This document shows, in pieces, positions 60,901 to 64,000 of a stretch of 64,000 bases of DNA (position 1 is the first letter of the stretch; the number at the start of each line of letters is the position of its first letter). The stretch is taken from contig OU015567.1 of assembly GCA_907165135.1 (NCBI GenBank), positions 2,666,001 to 2,730,000 on the forward strand. The letters run 5' to 3'. Both the position numbers and the translations under genes were made by a program. A model generated the notes under the pieces. That model saw only the letters and a program-made list of their open reading frames with translations. It was not told the DNA's origin and ran no database searches. This DNA is from Oikopleura dioica. Its lineage: Eukaryota > Animalia > Chordata.

Positions 60901-63508
60901 AGAGTTTGAAGAGTCTTGTATGAAATAATTGCCCTTTTTCCACACACGCGATATTGAAGACCGCCATTGCGAGTTCTTAAATCAAATTTCTAGCGACATG
61001 AAGGCCTATTTACGATCCTTTTACGAGCTGTCTCGCTGGCATTTGACGATGTTTTCTCAAAAAATCTCGTCCTCATCCTTTTTTCGCGAGCCAACGCCTC
61101 TTAAAATCGACTTGGAGAAGAAAGCGCAAAGATCTGTTACTTTAATTGTACCGCTTTTTGGCCGAATGGACAATTTCAAACGCTTCCTTGGTGTTTTCAA
61201 AACTCTGACAGAAACAGACGATGATCTCAATCTAATTGTTTCACTCTCTGGAACGCCTGAAGAGCGATTTTCTTTGATCGACGTTATTCAGTCAATTTTA
61301 CCGACGACCTCGTATCAACGAGCCGTGAAGGTGATCACGTGCAATATTCCGTTCAAGAAGGCCGATTGTCTTCAAAAAGGAATCGATCTGTTGAAGGGGG
61401 AAGATTTGTTCTTCGTTTACGATGTGGACCTGATTATTGATCAAGGTTTCTTGAGGAGGATTCGAGCTGTGACCGAGTCGGAAGTTTACTTTCCAGTTTT
61501 GCTTAGTCAATTCGAAGCGTCGAAGAAAAATGGACCAGGGAACGGTTGACACGCGCTTTTTGCATTCTTTTCTAAATTGCAATTCTTTGAACAAGTCTCA
61601 ACCATATTAAAAGAGGTGACAGAAACGAACGGCTTCTGGCGAACCTGGGGTGTTGGTCCTGTAGCCATGACAAAGAAAACCTACGACTCATCAGATCGCT
61701 ACAATCAAACCATCTCTGGCTGGGGAAATGAAGATACTGAGTTGTACGAGAACTTCATCACCAAAAAGATAAAATTTTCCCGCTCCCGCGACGCTGGAAT
61801 CTTTCACCCCTGGCATGCGAAGAATTGCGAAGGCCTGCCCAAAGAAACAACGCAGTATTCTGCTTGTGTCAAGGTCAATTTGGAACACAGGATGAATTTG
61901 AAGAAGATGGGAGATATTCACCTGAAAAACTCGAATAAATTCTTGGAGTTTTTGGAGACGGATCAGATGATTGTCTCGCCTCCCATGCCTATCAACAGGA
62001 AAAAAGCGGTGCTGGTAAGCGAGAATATTCTCTTAGTTTTACTTTCAAGTATTGAATATTTTTAATTGATAGAGGATTAATTGGATTTTCCGAATGGATG
62101 ATTCTTTTCAAAATTGCAATACTTTGATAATATTAAATGAAAGAAAAAAGACGGCAGTATATAATCGTTTTTGTAGCTCCTGACGTTTGGAAAGTCTGGT
62201 GATGACTTTATCGGTGAGATCTTCAATTCGCACGAAGAAGCGTTCTACATCCACGAACCCCTGCATCCGCTCTACAAGCTCGGTTTCAAAAGCAGCTCCG
62301 TCATTCCCCGACTCAACCTTCTCGGCAACCAGCTCAGCTGCAACTTCGAGGATCAATACGACCAGCGCCTCTCCTGGGCAAAATACTCGCAAGACATCAC
62401 CGCCGACCAAAAACTCGACCAACACGGCAACTTTCCTTTTCGAAGCAAACATCGAAAGCTCTGCGCTCCGCCCTTCTGCCATTTGGATCTTTCCGACGAT
62501 TTGAAAAAGTGTGAAAGTGTTTGTCCTCCTGCGAATGTTGAGCAGCTCAAATCAAGCTGCGAGCCCTTGGTTACGGTGGCTAAGGTTATCAGATTTGTGG
62601 AAATTGAGAAGATAAAGAGCATGGCCGTGAGGATGAACCTTGACTTGAAGATAATGTTTTTGACCAGAGATCCTCGGGGTATTTTGGAATCAAGGAAGAG
62701 TTCAAAAACACTTAAAAATTATAAGTTACAAACCGATTTAGCGAATTTTCATTGAGAAGAAAATATGAAAGCATATTCTTCGATCAATGATTAAAGGTTT
62801 TCAAATTAAGGAATCTGCATCGAGCTAACTCTCATAGATTTAGTACCAGAGTTTCGCTCGGCTAGTAAAAATAAAATTCGTTTATGTGTAATTAAAAAGA
62901 AATTTATGATTTCTTTTAATTTTTAATCGAAATAAAATTTGAGCTCTTTGAAGACTCACAAAAACAACAGGCAACTTTGGCCCACTAGTCGCTACCGATG
63001 ATAAAATAAATTCGATGGATTTCGTCTGCAAGCACACAGAAAAAATCCTCAGTCAAATTCAAAACGACCCTTGGCTGAGCTCCCGATCGCATATTATCCG
63101 ATATGAAGACTTTGTGATGAATAGAGGAATTGAAACTACACAAATTCTGAGACATTCTGGATTGGGTTCGGACTCGAAGGTCAAGGCTTACATTGATGGG
63201 TTGAATGTTGATCAGAAAAGTGTCAACAGCTGGATGGAAAATTTGCAATCAAGGAAGAGTTCTCGATCACTCATCGACGATGAGCATTGTCATAAAAAAG
63301 CTTTATGGGGTTTTTCTTTTAAAAGATCCCTTTCGATCAATTCTAGAGCTCGTCAAACAGCGCTGTTGCAAAAATCCAGCAAATGTGCGAGTCACCAATG
63401 CGGCGCCTCGGCTACCTGCCCGTCACTTTCCGACCTACCTCGACTGAACTTGGCGGCAACGACAACATTGACTCGTTCAGTTTCGAAGGAAACACCTATC
63501 TTGTCTAA
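57969..63508 (+). CDS. CHSY1: Chondroitin synthase (CHSY-type, two GT domains) fused in frame to a C-terminal carbohydrate 6-O-sulfotransferase-like domain
   Basis: Type II anchor; YPPQKKSF, RVDDD, CMGGSG, HEDVEVGRC; IVPL, YDVD, VYFP, GFWR, GWGNED; GT-AG intron 62015-62176 joins KKAVL to LLTFGKSG..F.GEIF; then FYIHEP, RDPRGILESR, RYEDF, IQQMCESPMRRLGY. The symbol names the family; exact orthology is not established. Confidence 0.85.
60093..60782 (-). CDS. Intronless coiled-coil protein with C-terminal transmembrane tail, nested antisense in a synthase intron
   Basis: 229-aa ORF, heptad-rich, ending LPLSITIIVGILAIAVAIKVF; lies inside intron 59502-60993. Confidence 0.7.
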   Translation of the reverse strand: MSQNSKYSESIVTYDRENDSRSHESQNLSKAEIEMIIESKLQFYRTKIGNYEEEQYQLKKKNEELIEKVADFENQVENHNLRTNAFEEKVELMTIESENQAIQGIIESATDKIIEGKLQLIKAELTKIKQEQLEMKNKHDELIENINLEKMRQIESQALLMASFEERMNNLINQIDNYSWNISKLNSKLISFEDQFRSDSRILKIYTYLPLSITIIVGILAIAVAIKVF

Positions 63509-63602
63509 GGCTACAACTGTTTGTATTCTTTTATTGCCGAATAATAATAATAATAAACTTCCCTACTACTAAAAGCATGCAATAGAACTTGTTCAATGAA
63601 TC

Positions 63603-64000
63603 TCATGGAAGATTGTTATCTTTTGGCCCTTCTGGAGACTTTTCTGGTTCTTCAGGGATAGTTGTGATTGGTGTTACTGATAGAGTTGTTTCGTAATCAG
63701 GAGCAGGATCTTCAGGAAATTCTAGCGTAAGTAAGTACTGGAAAAAGATAATCATTACCGTTGAAAGATGGCTCGTCGCGCAGTCGTGGGAGGATGTTGA
63801 TAACAGCGCCACCAACAGTTGTTTGGTTATTTGCAGGAGTATTGAGCTGAGATTCCGCCATCGGAGCATTACCAACAGCATTATCTTTCTGGGTACAAAG
63901 CTTGTTTAACTTCACCGCTAGTATCGCAAGTAGAAGAACGCCACCTACGGAGCCGAAAGCTACGATGATATCCCTAAGTATGCTTCGGAATTGTTCATCG
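63603..64000 (-). CDS. 3' part of a single-pass membrane protein running off the window end
   Basis: TM IIVAFGSVGGVLLLAILAV; intron near 63730-63757; tail PAPDYETT; stop 63603. Confidence 0.6.

Overview
Compact eukaryotic genomic DNA with dense multi-exon genes, mostly 35-200 bp introns, several introns that only give the conserved protein if read as GA-AG or GC-AG, nested antisense genes and many short inverted-repeat elements. This is most consistent with a larvacean tunicate such as Oikopleura (inference). I assembled exons by hand, so boundaries are approximate where stated. Genes in order: secreted TSP1+Kelch protein, acetylcholinesterase, BBOX-like dioxygenase, CCN protein, two tandem CBM-like+carboxylesterase genes, a small Cys-repeat secreted protein, an EGF-array protein ending in an ITIH C-terminal (GDPHF) domain with a nested RING gene, an orphan secreted protein, an MS4A-like protein, intronic tRNA-Gln, Cys-rich genes, a multi-zinc-finger gene, a CTR copper transporter, a ZP protein, a PLAC8-family gene, a tetraspanin, and a chondroitin synthase that splices in frame into a carbohydrate sulfotransferase domain, with a nested coiled-coil gene. 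Strongest leads: the synthase-sulfotransferase fusion, the EGF+ITIH-C protein (possible covalent glycan ligation), the CBM-like esterases, and an AChE with Ser at the G119 position.
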